64,000 bases of DNA. It comes from Syncephalis fuscata S228 (taxonomy: Eukaryota; Fungi; Zoopagomycota). This document shows, piece by piece, positions 11,930 to 26,472 of this stretch. The notes below the pieces were generated by a model. The model worked only from the letters and a program-made list of their open reading frames with translations, searched no databases and was not told the origin of the DNA. How positions within the stretch are numbered: position 1 is the first letter of the stretch; every line of letters begins with the position of its first letter. Position numbers and translations under genes: made by a program. The stretch covers positions 310,001 to 374,000 of the forward strand of contig JAHLTZ010000002.1 of assembly GCA_025786725.1 (NCBI GenBank), in the 5' to 3' direction.

Positions 11930-13572
11930 TTTTAAATTGTTAGATCCTAATAATGGCGAACGAGTAATGTACAAAAATTAAAACCATTATACGTGATTTC
12001 ATATTTAATCTTTTATGTAGTATTTTATAAATAAAATAAGCTTTAAAAAATATATTACCGTTGCTTGTAACGCAGCATAGCTTACTGTATTAATCAAAGG
12101 GATGCAATGTCCAGTTGTATATCCAGTTATCATAGAATATGGTAAACGTCCATCGGTATCTTCTAATTGACATATGACTTTTCCGGTACTCGCATCTACC
12201 AAAAAAACCTGCTGTTTCCTATTTTCTTCTTTTAAAACAGCAAAAATATTGCCAATGATGTGTTGTTATTTGTTGTAATACCATGGCTTTAATTTTTCGT
12301 TAAAATCCAGCTCACCATCTTTTTTTACAAATAGCTGGTCATAAAAGCTATAGCGAGCTTTGTCGATGCCATGTGCACTCACAGCGCGATTTGCCAATTT
12401 GGGATTTGATCGACTTCAATATCCATATGTTTATCAAGTATGATTTTGTGAAAAAACCATAAATAGCCTTTTTTATTGCCAGTATTAATTAGTATGCAAC
12501 CTGGCTCATTATATGAAATGAGTAAATGGAATGGATAGATGTTTAACTGAATATGCCCTTGTTGCAGCTGTCGAATGGGCTTGTCTTGTGAAAACTGGTA
12601 TAATGCCACTTAACAATGCCTTTTTCACGATTTACAATTCCAGCAGTATAAACTATAACAGAGCTACATGTGACAGCATAAATACACACTTTATCATATA
12701 CATGATTGATCTCATGTATATATTGCTGATTTTTCTCTAGATCCCATACAAACAGCTCATTATTTCTATATTTCAATAATTAATAAACAAAAACAATAGC
12801 CACTGGCCATTAATTTCTACACAATCAAGAAAATTGGGTAATTGTGCGGTATATCGTAGCTTATAACCACCAAGAGTATATATCTGCATTTTTGCATGAC
12901 TTATGGTGTTATCAATTGCAACAAAGAACCTATTACTTAGCATGACTTGAAGGCAATAGTACATTTCATGCCTAATATGTAAAGTAGTAGGATTCAACGT
13001 TGGCTCTAAAGCTATCTGATTTTCGTTTTGGTTTTTATCTGGTGAAAATGGTTTTGCTTCAGTTAACGCCACTTCCGAGATACGGTCAGAATCCTCCATA
13101 CGTAACCCCTTAGAAAGAATAAAACAGTTGATTCGTTCCATCGGCAACAATCATATTCACCGCCAGTATCTAAATCATAGTCTAGACTCATTGCATCTGT
13201 TGAACGGCCATAGTACCAATTATTCTCGGTGATGACATGTCGCCGATATACATCATGTCAGTCAAGTTTGTCCAGTAATGCGGCTGATTCCATTGGTATA
13301 TTATAAGTTGGAAATCGACTTCTGGCGCACCAATACACGAAATCACATTCTTTTACCTTGTAAGGCCCATTAATGAACCGACGATAATAAAGATGTTGCC
13401 ATAATATTACATTATTTTTTATTTTTGTATTGGCAGAACGCCATGTAAAATTTTAATTAATAATCGTTTCATTAAGATACGACATAAACTGAGTAAAGTC
13501 GCTATATGGAAGATGGCCCATAAGCACAAGTAGCTTACTGACTGGTAGCTGATCAATAACAGGGTGGTCCAT
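11930..13572 (-). pseudogene. Fragmented lineage-specific F-box-like protein gene (pseudogene or indel-damaged)
   Basis: N-terminal MDHPVIDQLPVSKLLVLMGHLPYSDF resembles an F-box start; chain of overlapping minus-strand ORFs with beta-strand-rich segments (LFVWDLEK). Confidence 0.45.
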
Positions 13573-14527
13573 GATGACAGATGCAAGATAAAGATTGAAT
13601 AATGTGTAGTGATATTGTCTGAATTATACGTTTTGACGGTATAAAAATAGTTAAGCAAAAATAAAATGGTTAAAATTAGCTATTGAATTTTCTATGTTTC
13701 TAAATCTAATTTTAGTAATTATTAATATGTCGTATAGTAAAAACTAGTACTACAACAGACCATTTTCGAGTCATAAGTATTAACATTACTATTACACTTT
13801 TATCACATGCTGTTAGATAAAGTCAATAATTAAAACAGTTTATTAGTACATCTATAGAGCGGCATTACATGATTATAGGTATAAACCCTTTTGAAATACA
13901 TGGCTTGGTTAAGCATAGCATAAAAATAAGTACTTTGCATTACTTCAGGACAACTATAACTTATCTATTGAAATACAAATAATAAAGGCTGGCTTTTGTT
14001 TTAAACATTTGATTTTTACTTGTATATAATCAAAGTGCTACTATTTTAATCGATATCATCTGCGACTTGTTTTATAAACTATCTTTATTATCATTATTTA
14101 GAGAAATATGCCAATTACTTTGCCTGGCTTGGGATATCATCAGTATCATTACTATTTAATTCATAGCTTAAAATTGCTATATTTATTTAAAATGTAATAA
14201 TAACAATGTAGCTATAATCCAATACATTAGAACTCCTTTTCTTCTTACACCATGCATCACATATTTATTAATATATCATAAATATTTCAAACATAGATTA
14301 TGGCCTTTATGTGGTAATGTATGTATTCATGTTGTTACCTTTTTCGATCAAAGGTTAGTTTCGGTGCAACTATTGTGACGTACAGGAAGAAACAACCTAA
14401 TTATCATTAAAATAAAAAACAAATATTTGTTTTTTTCCTATTTTTACACATACTTTGGAATCCTTGCGGAATGTCACAATCTATTGCACTTTATACGAAT
14501 TCCGAAGCTTATTGTTAATTTAACGTC

Positions 14528-15988
14528 ATGTTCTGTGCATATAAACCATTTATTCAAAGTACATTACGCCAGTTTACACGTACGATCGCCACAAGCGTAA
14601 ACAAGAAATTGTCGCTTCCTCGACAAGAAAACTGGAAAACGTTGTATGCATCGGCAAGGCGGGTTAAACGGAATTCTCTCGCCGATCCGGCATATGCAGG
14701 TAATTTAGACACGACGACGCGTTGAATGGATTAATAATAAATTGTTACACGCGCGATCAAATAGACTATTTTGTAAAACATTTTCTAGGTGGTGAAGCAA
14801 ATCTAAAAAACAAAAGAATACTGGAATATATGCCAGGTAACGGACATTAAACACGAATACACCAAACGATGTGGCTTACAACTATTTTAGGAGCTGGTTT
14901 ATTGACGAAATCAATACTACGCCATAATGCAAAAGGTGTTATTGTACTAGAATACGAACCGACTTTTCTACGCGTCAATACAGTAAGTCACAGTGGCCAT
15001 TCTAACTCACTACTAAGATTAAGTAGGAACTTGCCCAAGAATATCCGAATGAGCATATGACAGTACTGCCCTATCATTCCAACTTGGGATTCTCTGCATG
15101 GTATTCGAATACAGGCGTATTTTCACAGATAGAGAAAAGAGATTGGGAAACACGTAAGTTGAATGGATACATACAACGCTGTGACTGTATTAATGATATG
15201 CGACATTTAGTGCATCCCGACCTATTGATTACTGGCATGTTGAACATGGGCAAATTTCAAATTCTATCAAGATTTTTCAACAATATTCTAGGACGCCAAC
15301 ATATGTTTAGTTATGGCCGTGTTGAAGCAATTATGATCTGTGACGAGAAAACGATTGAGGCAAGTTACAGCTATTTATTTATAGGCGAGCGTTATAATAA
15401 CCATGATACAGATGGCACAAACACATTTAGGACATAAAGATTTTCGACCATTATCACTTTGGGCGATGGGCAGTGCTAATATTGAAGTATTAGACCATAA
15501 TGTACCAAGCGATATATTCTGGTTAAAGGTAAATAAACAACAGTATTGTATAATCCAATTGTTTACCAATTGAATTAGGTGCCAACACCATTAAAAGTTG
15601 TAAAATAACACCATTAGTCAAACCACTTTTATTAGGTAAGTATAGTAACGCAAGGTTAAGTTAATTAACGGGAATAAATTAGCATCACCCGAGGTAATAC
15701 ATTATGTCCTGACCATGCTTTATACAAGAAAACGTCAGCCATTAGCTGTAGCAATTCGGTATGTAAATACGTGATTTGACTATCAAGTAGATTACTGTAT
15801 ACTTATTCCTATTATTACCATGTAGAACATTAGCACCAGATGCCATCGAATTATTAGATAATTTTAATGGTGATCCAAATACACTAGTTTACCAATTGTC
15901 TGTTGAGCAAATTAATCAAATAACTATGCGATTTGATCATTGGAGTAAACGACCATTTATATTAAATGAAACACTAGCCTTGAATTAG
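14528..15988 (+). CDS. Mitochondrial transcription factor B / rRNA adenine dimethylase-fold protein (Mtf1-like), about 10 exons
   Basis: Presequence-like N-terminus; RILEYMPGAGLLTKSIL SAM-fold motif I, VIVLEYE, MFSYGRVE, VVKITPL, FDHWSKRP. Confidence 0.7.
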
Positions 15989-16051
15989 ACTACTTAAGCA
16001 TTATGCATTTACAATAAACATTTCAGTACCAAAGTAGCTATCATTTAGCAT

Positions 16052-17361
16052 TTATTCTGTATGTTCATTATTCCATGCCACACAGTCAGCAAACTTGACG
16101 GTATTGCCACCAAATAAATCAAGTGCACTAACAGTAATAGTTAGAATGATAGAAAATAGTTGGTAATTTGTAGTATTTACCTGCCAAATGTTAAATCGAC
16201 CTTACCACGAGAAAGTCGGTTCACTAAACGAAGATCTTCAATATCTATTATATCGCTGGGTTAAAGGTATTAACGTATTAATAGTCAGTAACTTACGATA
16301 GGCACCTCCTGCATAAGTTGTTGGAATAGTTGTCCATTCACCAAGGCCTAAATAATTAAATGAACTATAAGTAGCCAATGATAACGTATACATAACGTGC
16401 TTACGTTCAACAAGATCGCTATCGATGCCTCGACAAAGACCTTCTACATCGGCAGCATGAATAAGAAATTCACTAATATAAATCATGTTTAATTTAATAA
16501 GTTTTAATTTCTATATTAATATTTAGTTACCTGCAATAATTGGATAGCATTTGAAGTGTTTCTATAACCCATCAGTATTAATGGCTATTTTAAATAATAT
16601 AATTAGTCCATAATTATTACCAGCATTGACTTCAGTGTCTGTGAGACGACGCCAACGATCCATAGCTACAATCCACGTATCGCCTTGTCGACGACAGCTA
16701 AATTGAGCCCATACCACGACATTCAGTCAGTATAGTTGATACAACACGCTTGTTCATGTCTACCTAAGATCGACCACAAGCTTATCACGTCCAATACTGG
16801 CCGATAATGATTCAATCGATCGATTGAAAGTTTGCCATCGGGGAATAGCCAACTTGTCACGATAACCTTTTAATCAACAATAGTTAGCGTTTTTGTATAC
16901 TTACTATTAGAATGCTTACTTTTGAAGCACCCAAATCAAGCCAACGTTGTGCATTATCAATTGTTACTTGTCCACCAATTTGTAGACCGCCTATATCAAT
17001 ACACTATTCATTAATCATAGTAATAGCTAATTGGTACTATTATTTACCAGGCCATGATTGCAGTGCATCTGTGGCTGCTTTCTCGTTACCAGAGCCAAGC
17101 TGAATGACATGACCTCCAGTAAGGCTATGTTTCCGATATAGCTCTGCAAAGTAAGCGGCCGATTCGCTCAAATACAAACAGGTTATTTGTCTAGTATACA
17201 GTGTACACGTATATGTTTATTTATGTATTTTACCTGGCAACAAAGTTTGTACGCAATGCATTGGGATTCTCGTCGTCTAATGTACCGCCTACTATTTGTT
17301 TGACGTGTCCATCGTGTAGATCAATACAGGGACGAAAGAGAGAGCGTGCAACAGTCGCCAT
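16052..17361 (-). CDS. HIS6: Phosphoribosylformimino-5-aminoimidazole carboxamide ribotide isomerase, multi-exon
   Basis: [69 protein letters not shown]. Confidence 0.95.
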
Positions 17362-18357
17362 GAAAGAGTAGCGTGTAAAGAAGGTGCTTATATAATTTAG
17401 TAGTAAAAGGGCATCAATAAATGTACACAGTATTTTTAAAACAAATAAATAGTTAATTAATTAATTAGTTACTTTGTATATTATTACATTAGTATTAGTC
17501 ACCACATATAATTGCTACAATATGAAGATGGCTAGTTTAGTGTGAATTGAAGCACAGTAAATTCATCTTTAAAATAAATCCACAGATGATACAAAATGGC
17601 AATCTTAGACGCGGAATTGAAAAACTTAAACTAGCCAGCTTATCTCTGTAGAATCGACTACATCATTCAGGCTGCTATAACAGATGTGCCATAGTAGCAT
17701 AGAAAACATGCAAGAAAACAACGTAGAAAAGTGAAGACTTGCGTATGCATGTGACTCGAATCACTAACAATGTGAAAAATAATACTGCAATAACAGAAAA
17801 CAATGCGAACGATATTGAAGAAATAGGAAAGTGAGATGGAAAGAAGAAAGAACGAAGTGAGTGAGTGAGAAAGTAAGTAAGAGATAGCTGTGACATACAA
17901 GCTAATCCTAGTTATAGAATTAACAAGTATTAAAAACGCGAAAGAAAACGTGTACATTCTACAGTAGACGATAAAATACGTCTCAGTCAATCAAATGATG
18001 TAACATGTACAGTTCAATTGAATCTGATTCATCCAAAGAATAAAATAACTTGGCAGAGGTCCACAATAATAAAATAATAGTAAATAGTTAATGGTAATAG
18101 TTAATGGTAATAGTAATGGCCATCGTCGTAGTCGTCTTGGTAATCATGATAATTGATGAATATCGCCAGCTTACAAGGTTGTTTTAAACACATGTTACGC
18201 CATTTAGTCCATGTGTTTAGTCATTTCATAGATAGTTATATCCACTATCTATCTATCTATCTATCTATCAATCATATTATATTGACATTATCGTCTAGTA
18301 CAAGCAGTAAACGAGTAATACTCAAGTATCTATAGGCTAGTCGATTGTCATGTCCAT

Positions 18358-19938
18358 CTAGACTGACTGATTTTCATTGACCAATGGAGGTGATGCCCGT
18401 CGTGTTGTTGCAACACCATTACTATTTTTAGGTGTAGGTGTATTACTATTACTATTATTACTGCTACCATTATCGTCATTATTACTATTTGTTGTATTAT
18501 CTTTATCGTGGTTATCGTCGGCCTTGTTTTCTTTAACGCCATTCAATGCAGGTGTAATTGACTTGCGATTTCGGAATGGTTCATCGACAGGTTTAAGCAG
18601 TTCAAAGCTGCATAGTAACTCGTCGCTAACCCCCATAACACCGCCATAATTATCGAATTCACCGCAGTAATTAGGTGCTGAAAAGATGGTGACAAGTTGT
18701 CGATCACCAAAGAATTCGTATCCATCTTCAACAACCATATGTGCACGACAAACTAGATCCAAATCGTGTTGTTGTAAGAAATCAGCCACTACACGTTTAC
18801 CGAAACAGTAGCTAACACCACGTTCATTGTCTTCCCATTCAAATGCTGATTCGGATGGATCTGACCATAGTAGATCGTTGAGTAGACCGTAGTCTGGTAC
18901 TTCACATGGTCTTTCGAGTGCCCGTACATCATCGAGTGCCCGCATATGCGGTGATAGACCGCCGTGGACGCAGAATATCTTGCCTGCTACTACACCGGCA
19001 ATAGGTAGACAGTTGAATACACTAACAAATGTCTTCCATATCTTGACATTACATCTTCGCTTGCATTCGTCGTAGAAGCCGTATACTCGGGTTACATTGG
19101 CACATTCGTGGTTGCCGCGGAGTAAAAAGAAGTTTTCAGGATGTTTGATCTTGTAACAAAGCAGCAGTAGTATAGTTTCTAAGCTTTGTTTGCCACGGTC
19201 CACGTAATCGCCGAGAAATAGAAAGTTGGAACCGGGTGGATAGCCACACATCTCAAACAAACGTAACAGGTCGTGAAACTGTCCGTGGATATCGCCGACA
19301 ATCTTGACAGGTGCAGATAGTTCTATTAGTGAAGGCTGGGAAAGTAATACTTCGCGTGCCACTTGGCAAATGGCAATAATTTCGGCATTCTTCAAAGGAA
19401 GTGATTTTGATATTTTACCACTATAGCCTGACTCTAATAGTCGATGGATCATATCGTCGATATTAATCTTATCCGCGGCAATTGATAAGCCTCCAGTCAT
19501 GCCATTCAACACATCAATGGTCGATGATCGTTTAAGATCAAGGTCGTTATTGTTATTGTTATTGAACTTTGGCGATGCAAGTGTGCCGTTTAATGGACTT
19601 AGCGTACGGGCCCGAGCAGTATCAATGTTGGCCGCTGCCGGACTTCCTACGCCTCCACTACAGCTTTTATCTGTTGGTGTTTTTGCTGTATCAGTTGTGT
19701 CCGTTGTAGCAGGCGGTGAAGTAGTTGTATCCGAAATGGCTGCTGTATCGGCAACTGAGCCTAATGGTCGAATAAGAATCGGCTCTGATGGTTCTGATTC
19801 ATGTGCGGCAATTACTTCTTCTGGAATATTGGATACGGTAGGATTGGTACTTAGACTTGGAAAACGAGCCAAAGCCGTATTCCCAACAGAGTTGGCGCGA
19901 GGCAGACCACCACCCTTTTTCGAAGGATGATTACCCAT
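18358..19938 (-). CDS. PPZ1: Ser/Thr protein phosphatase PPZ type (PP1-like), intronless CDS
   Basis: MG N-myristoylation start, long disordered N-terminus; [47 protein letters not shown]. Confidence 0.93.
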   Translation of the reverse strand: MGNHPSKKGGGLPRANSVGNTALARFPSLSTNPTVSNIPEEVIAAHESEPSEPILIRPLGSVADTAAISDTTTSPPATTDTTDTAKTPTDKSCSGGVGSPAAANIDTARARTLSPLNGTLASPKFNNNNNNDLDLKRSSTIDVLNGMTGGLSIAADKINIDDMIHRLLESGYSGKISKSLPLKNAEIIAICQVAREVLLSQPSLIELSAPVKIVGDIHGQFHDLLRLFEMCGYPPGSNFLFLGDYVDRGKQSLETILLLLCYKIKHPENFFLLRGNHECANVTRVYGFYDECKRRCNVKIWKTFVSVFNCLPIAGVVAGKIFCVHGGLSPHMRALDDVRALERPCEVPDYGLLNDLLWSDPSESAFEWEDNERGVSYCFGKRVVADFLQQHDLDLVCRAHMVVEDGYEFFGDRQLVTIFSAPNYCGEFDNYGGVMGVSDELLCSFELLKPVDEPFRNRKSITPALNGVKENKADDNHDKDNTTNSNNDDNGSSNNSNSNTPTPKNSNGVATTRRASPPLVNENQSV

Positions 19939-20636
19939 AGTATCGAGATAATATAGATGCTAAACAGTTACAACAACAACAATAATAATAATAGTAACAA
20001 TAATAAACACTGTAATTAATTACAGTGGCAATAAAATCGCAAAAGAAATGTCAGGTTAAAAATAGAGCTTGATAGTGATAAAGGCAAGTATAATTGGTGA
20101 CGTATTTGTGTATAAATGATACGTTAGAATCCAAAGACAATAAAATAGGCCCACAGCGAGTAAAGGCCAGTGTTGGTGTATAGATAGACGGGAATGACGT
20201 GGATCCCAGTTTTAAAGTGCAATTCGCGTAACCAAAGTTAAGGTGCAATTCAGCTCGTCAAAAATGCAAAATAAAACCAGTTCCTAACAATGCCGTAATA
20301 TGGTAATAGCTTATCCGTGTAGATGCTCTTGAATGTTATGTATTATCACGCGCTGAATTGATATTGACCAACAATTGATAATTGAAGGCAGTAATAGTAA
20401 GTGTGATAGAAACGATATAACAGACCAATATCAATTGATCAATAGGCTATACAGCAGAAATAACAGTCAAATACATGCACATGTACTACAAATAAAATAG
20501 TATCTTGTCGTCAACTATAAATGTAATATAATGATGATAACCATATTGTTAGTATTCTTTTATCATCAATAACCGTCTATTCATCTACCGTTAATATCAA
20601 TGTATATTCAACCGATAACTATCACCGCCATACATA

Positions 20637-20661
<25 letters not shown>
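20637..20661. repeat. (CT)n microsatellite
   Basis: About 12 CT units read directly. Confidence 0.9.
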
Positions 20662-20667
<6 letters not shown>

Positions 20668-22780
20668 ATAGTATGGCAAATATAAACTTACCTAATATAC
20701 CAAACAAATAGCGGATTGAATATAATTATTAATCTTCACCGTCGAAAGTATTACTACCAGTGACAATGCATTCAATGGAAAGTTTTTACCAGTGAAAACC
20801 AGACGCTAGATACAAGTTACAGTTAGTTAGCTAGTGTACAATAACAGTATTAAGTATTTAAAAAAAAGAGATAGAGAAGCCAATGGAAACTAATGGAATA
20901 CAATGAACAAGCATCTCAAGGATTGGCCAAGCGCCGAAAAGGGATTTGACCGTAATAGCGAAAAAGAAGACCACGTTGGATATATGCACGCGATAGATAC
21001 GTACTATATATGCCTGTTCACGCTCGATCTCATCACCGCAACTCTTATGCATAGAAGAGGCACACGCGCGCAACAAAGCCCCATTCTATACTGCTACTAC
21101 AGCTACTACGTCTATTGTTTGAATGTAAGGGACCTCAACCACCACTGTTCACTCGATCCTTGTAAACTGATCTCCTTTTCTACGCCAAGGTGGAGTGGCG
21201 CCTTCCCTTCTCCACAGCCATAGACAACAGAACTCAATGTAGCGGCGTTTGCCTTGTCTATAGCCGTAAAAGGATGCGAATCCGAAACAACTATCTGGAG
21301 ATGCTTCTATCATGGCAACATTATACTTACTGATCCGTTGATATGCACCAAGCGAGAAAGAACAAATAGACCAAAGTGTAAAAGCGAGTGTACTACACGA
21401 GCAATGAGTGATAATAAGACAAAAAACGACAATTGCCACGGCAATAATAGCCCACAACAATCAACAAAGGCCAGAATGAAACGACCGCTTTAACAACAAG
21501 GCAAAGAAGGTAAAGGTGGTTAAGGTGAAAAGACGAGAATGCCCGCAACAAGTTGTGTAAGCAAGCCAATGACGAGAAAAAAAGACGGACAAGCAAACGA
21601 ACGACTAACGAGAAAGAGTCGGAAGTGTGCTGAAGAAAAGGGGAGGTGCAAAGAAGCATTGACCTGGCTGTTATTCACGAGGTTACTACCAGCTATAAAT
21701 CAATACTTTATATTTCTTATAATACGATATCCACCGTTATAATTCATTGATATGAACGGTAAATGTAACGCAATATAAAAGTACTGAATCCTAAATAGTA
21801 GTGATTCAAAAACAAGCATAAAAGTAACGCTTTACTTATGAAAATAGAGTGTATGCAGTAGTAACAGTAGCTGTAGCTTATACTCGTCCATATCACCCCT
21901 ATTAACGCTATACCAATTCATAAATGCAATACCATAAACACTTAATAACTTGCATAATTAAATACAATGTGCATATATTTTGTTGTATATGCAGCATACA
22001 GCGTTAATGCTCAACAAATAGTTACAGCACACAAACAACTCATTAAATAAATAAAACCCACCACAAACTTGGTAAATACTATGCAGTATCACCGTTAACT
22101 GAATCGTCTTTGCAAAAAGTGTTTATACTGTTGCCAGTAGTATAAATGCTAACTGTAGCAATAATATTAATATTAGACAGTAAGAAATAATAATAAAAAT
22201 AGAACTAGATAAAGATAGAAGCAGTAGCAGTAGCAGTGATGGTGGTGTTAGGCGTGTGTATTCTGTAGACAGAAAAGTCGTATCAAAAAATATAACGGGA
22301 AGTATCAATTTGAATGGGAGGCCGTCACGTTCCCATCCATAAATACTATTTTATGTGTCGGAACTCACTTTCTTCACAGTGCGGCAATAATGACTAATAG
22401 CGGAATAGCCGAAATAGAACAAGGATAGAAAACAGCAAGATAACAATAACAACAATAACAATAACAAGTGGTAGGCAGTGTAAATGAGAAGCGGGAAAGA
22501 TAGAGAAGAAAAGGTGGCGAAGCTGACTTGCAAAATTGCCGAGCACGTGGTCAATAATCTATGTGGAGTAATAAAGGCTGACGTGGCTAAGAATGAAGGT
22601 ATAGAACGTGGAACGTGTAGACTATTTCTCTTTAATTGAACAGTCGATAGAGTTAACGAGTAGTGAAGCAGGCAAGTTACTGTGCGGTGTCTGACTAGTC
22701 GTCTATCGATCATACATATAACAAGCGAATAGAAAGCAAGAGAATGTATACATTACCTTTAGTAATGACACTGGAATGCA

Positions 22781-22809
22781 ACTACTACTACTACTACTAC
22801 TACTACTAC
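22781..22809. repeat. (ACT)n microsatellite
   Basis: About 9-10 ACT units read directly. Confidence 0.9.
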
Positions 22810-24141
22810 AAGTAGACCAAAGGGACCAACAAATAACACTTACCATACAATAGACTGAAAGGAAATAGCAGAGGCCAGAGTATGTAGTAGTCGAAGAGAA
22901 TGAAGAAGAAGGAGGACTAAAACTAGAACACAAGAGAGAATGCAAGACAATAGGCAACTTTGAACAGGGTAACACAACACCAATACTAGAATTCTTGGAT
23001 ACGTTAGTTACTCAATAGACTGCTAAGAATGGTAAAGTTGTTTGTGTTGAATGCAGACCTATAAGCTTTATGTTTAATCAATGAGTAAATAAGAGTAGAA
23101 GAGATGGAGATGGAGAGAGAGAAAGGTAAAAGATTAATAGTGAACTATTTAGTAAATAGATTAAAAGTGATGATCAAAATACACCACCGAAATAGAAACA
23201 CTTACCCTTTGTAATTGATGGTGGTTAATTGATTGATTGATTGATAATAATCATTGTGGTTGTGGAGAGACAAACAGTGTTGTCGTGCGGGAAGAAGCGT
23301 TGATCATTGCTATTGACGACCGCCATGCCGCAGTATAATTCTACCCCACATTTTAAAACGGATAAATCGAATAAGCAAAGTGTTACTTATTTGATACTGC
23401 ATGCCTGGGTTAATGAGGCGGTGCCTTATCCCTCCGTCTTTATGCTTATGGACACGTGATTGTTGTTGGGGCTACACGAATGGTTAAAGGCGAGAAGACA
23501 CGGGATAGTCGTTTGTTATGGTAATTAGTATGGATTATTGAATCAAAGTAATTAACAGTATTCTATTGTTACTTGACTAATGTTGTCTTGGTAACTTGCT
23601 ATCTATAAAGTAGCTATAAATAAAGTGGACTATTACTTAATAGTACTATTACATTAATAATAATATGTATATGTTAATAGAATTGTATTAATAGTATGTT
23701 AATAATAATAATATTGAATAACAACATCGTAATAGTCATTATCTAATTGTAATAATATTGTAATAGTACGTGGTAGTGGTTTAATAATATTTAGTATTTA
23801 ATATTTAGTATTTAGTATTTAGTATCTAAATAGAACAAAATGTATTGAAGTATGATTGAACAGCTGTGTGGTGTTACCATGCTTCTTCCCTTAATTCTCC
23901 ACGTCTTTCATCAGTAGCCTTGATCGTTATCGTTATTCTAATAGCTGACAAGTATTGTGTACTTACAGAGTAATCACTGAATTAGTGCGCATACGCGTTG
24001 CGTTGATCAGTTGTATGTATACACGCCATCTATTGGCAACTAGCGTCTAACTCCAGCACATCGCGCCTTTAACTACACGTTTATCTCCTTATTGATAGGT
24101 GTTTCTAGGCCAAGCCTAGTGGCCTATTCACACTGTTGACT

Positions 24142-25896
24142 ATGGCGCACTGTAGCGTTAAGGTAAGAGATGACGTACTGGCCTAAGTATATACTTATTG
24201 CTTATGCGTAGGTGGCGAATATTTCAAGTTTGGTCAACGAATCAATCTTACGCGAAGTATTTCGTATCCTTGGCGATGTTGAACAATTTAATTTATATCC
24301 TAGGTAAATAGACGGTATAGATAGTGTACTATCCAACTAATAGCAGCTATAGTCCTGACCAAGCAGGTATGCAAGAATGTATCGTACGGTTTAAAGATCA
24401 CGTGCTGCGGCCACTGCTCTCTACTTGACCGGGACTGAACTAGGCGATCGAACACTTATGGTATCTACAAACTATACCACGCCACCGGTGGCCCCGTCGG
24501 CGGCATCTTCTTCATTGCCCACAAGTATGTCATCTATTTCATCGTCGTCTAATTTGTCTCCCCATTTGATAGCAAGCTTACAACAAAACCCGCATATTAA
24601 TCCCACTTTATTGCAATTTGATCCGATGAAGGCAGAGGAAGTGGCGCGGACAGTCTACGTGGGCAATCTGCCGCGAGAAGTAACGGATGTCGAGTTACGC
24701 GAGCTATTAAAGTCATGCGGTACCATTTCGTACGTAAAACTGGCGGGTGATATGATGCAATCAACGCGATATGGCTTTATTGAGTTTACAGATATCGGTG
24801 GTACACATCGGGCTGTGCAAATGTCAGGTTTAGTATTTAAAGATCGACAATTAAAGTAAGTATCTATGGATTAATGAGTAAAGTGTATAACAATCAATTA
24901 TAATTATGTAGAATCAATTATTCAAAGAATGGGATTACTAGACCCCATCGGGCTATTATAAAGCCAATGATGGATGATGCTATGCGTAAAGTACTTGAAG
25001 CACAGAAAAATATTGAGAAAAAGTATAAAGAAAATGATGAATCTGGTAAAGTGCAGGATAAATCACGACGATCAAGGTCACGTAGCCGATCTGTACGACG
25101 AGGACGTACAACACGTTCACGTTCACGTTCACAATCTCAATCACGATCCCCGTCACGGACACGCCATTATAGATCATCTGGCAATGGTCGTCGTAGATCA
25201 CGGTCTCGTTCACGGTCACGCTCCCCTTCACGGGACCGACATTGGCGACGACGATCCTCGTCAAGAAGTCGCCGTGACCGTCGATCAACAACCACTACCA
25301 CTACTACAAGCGATCGACGTCGAGAAAGAGATAGAAGTAGGGACAGAGATAGAAGCCGTGATCGCCATGATCGATATAGAGAGCGCGATGAACGTCGACG
25401 TCGGTCTTCAAGTCGGTCACGCGATAGAGCAACTGCTCGACAACGAGATAGATCCATACGTGATCGATCAAGGGATGACACCAAAACACATAGTAAACGA
25501 GATGAACGACGTGAAGACAAAACAAAAACAACTAATTATCGTGATCATGGTAAAAGTACAAGTACACGTAAACATAGTCGTAGTCGTAGTCGTAGTGGTT
25601 ATAGGGGTCGTAGTACAAGTAGCGATAAACATCGTACTAATACTAAAGCAAAATCATCTAATAGTGATAAGAAGTTAAATGGCGACAGTACGAGTATGGA
25701 ATGGGATGCTACCTCTAAATCATCTAAGAAATCGTCGAAATCCACTTATGAACACAAATCAACCACGCCGGTTAGTGATACCAATACCGATAAGGAACAA
25801 CAACAACCGATTAAACCCGATAAAAGCATTTCTACAACCACTAATGGCACCAGCAAGCTAAATGACACTTCTTCCAATTCAATGGATTGCGAATAG
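24142..25896 (+). CDS. SR-related splicing factor with two RRMs and RS domain (SREK1/SRSF11-like); apparent frameshift near 24400
   Basis: KVANISS...LTGTELGDRTLMV (RRM1), RTVYVGNL...RYGFIEF (RRM2), long RS/RD tail; GT-AG introns. Confidence 0.85.
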
Positions 25897-26472
25897 TGAT
25901 AGTATGGATAGTAGTAGAAGCAGTATTAATGATATGAGATGCAACGACGGAGCAAGAATGGATCTGTTTATATTTGCAACTTCATTTTCTCCTCTACTTT
26001 TTAGATTTGAAAGTTTCATTAAATTCAAAGTTTGTTTATTATAATTACTAAGTAGTAGATAACAATGATAATGGCAATGTTAGTAATCAGTAAATAATTG
26101 GTCATTATTAATAAGTGAGATCAATGTTAATAGCAAATAAAATTAAACATTTCATTGAAACTGCAAACAATGATGAATGGCTGATCTTTCTCATTTATTC
26201 TATACACACATCACCCAAATTAACAAACAGTATACATTGATTGATATATACACACAGACAGACAGACACGCGTTCCCCTTTCTCTCTTTCTCTCTCTTAC
26301 TTTCACTTTCTCCATCTCTTAGTTTCAATACTACTATTGCTACTTTGTTGCAAAGTACAGTTGAATAGTGTAACTGTACTTTACTAAGAGAACTGCACGG
26401 ATTACTAAGACAGTGACTCGATTGTCCTTAGTATTATAGTATTACTATTGTTGCTACTATTGCTATTCAGCC

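Noticed and set aside
17667-17990. 107-aa hydrophobic ORF between HIS6 and PPZ
   Set aside because: Lies in the probable PPZ 3'UTR; T-rich composition explains it and it has a non-ATG start
20858-22975. Several 60-120 aa hydrophobic ORFs upstream of PPZ as genes
   Set aside because: Low-complexity Leu/Ser/Phe-rich translations expected from pyrimidine-rich non-coding DNA; no recognisable motifs
23788-23826. Short tatttag tandem repeats as telomeric or regulatory array
   Set aside because: Few imperfect units in an AT-rich intergenic tract; ordinary minisatellite
24974-25678. Long overlapping alternative-frame and antisense ORFs in the SR gene
   Set aside because: By-product of the repetitive RS/RD codon composition, which lacks stops in other frames
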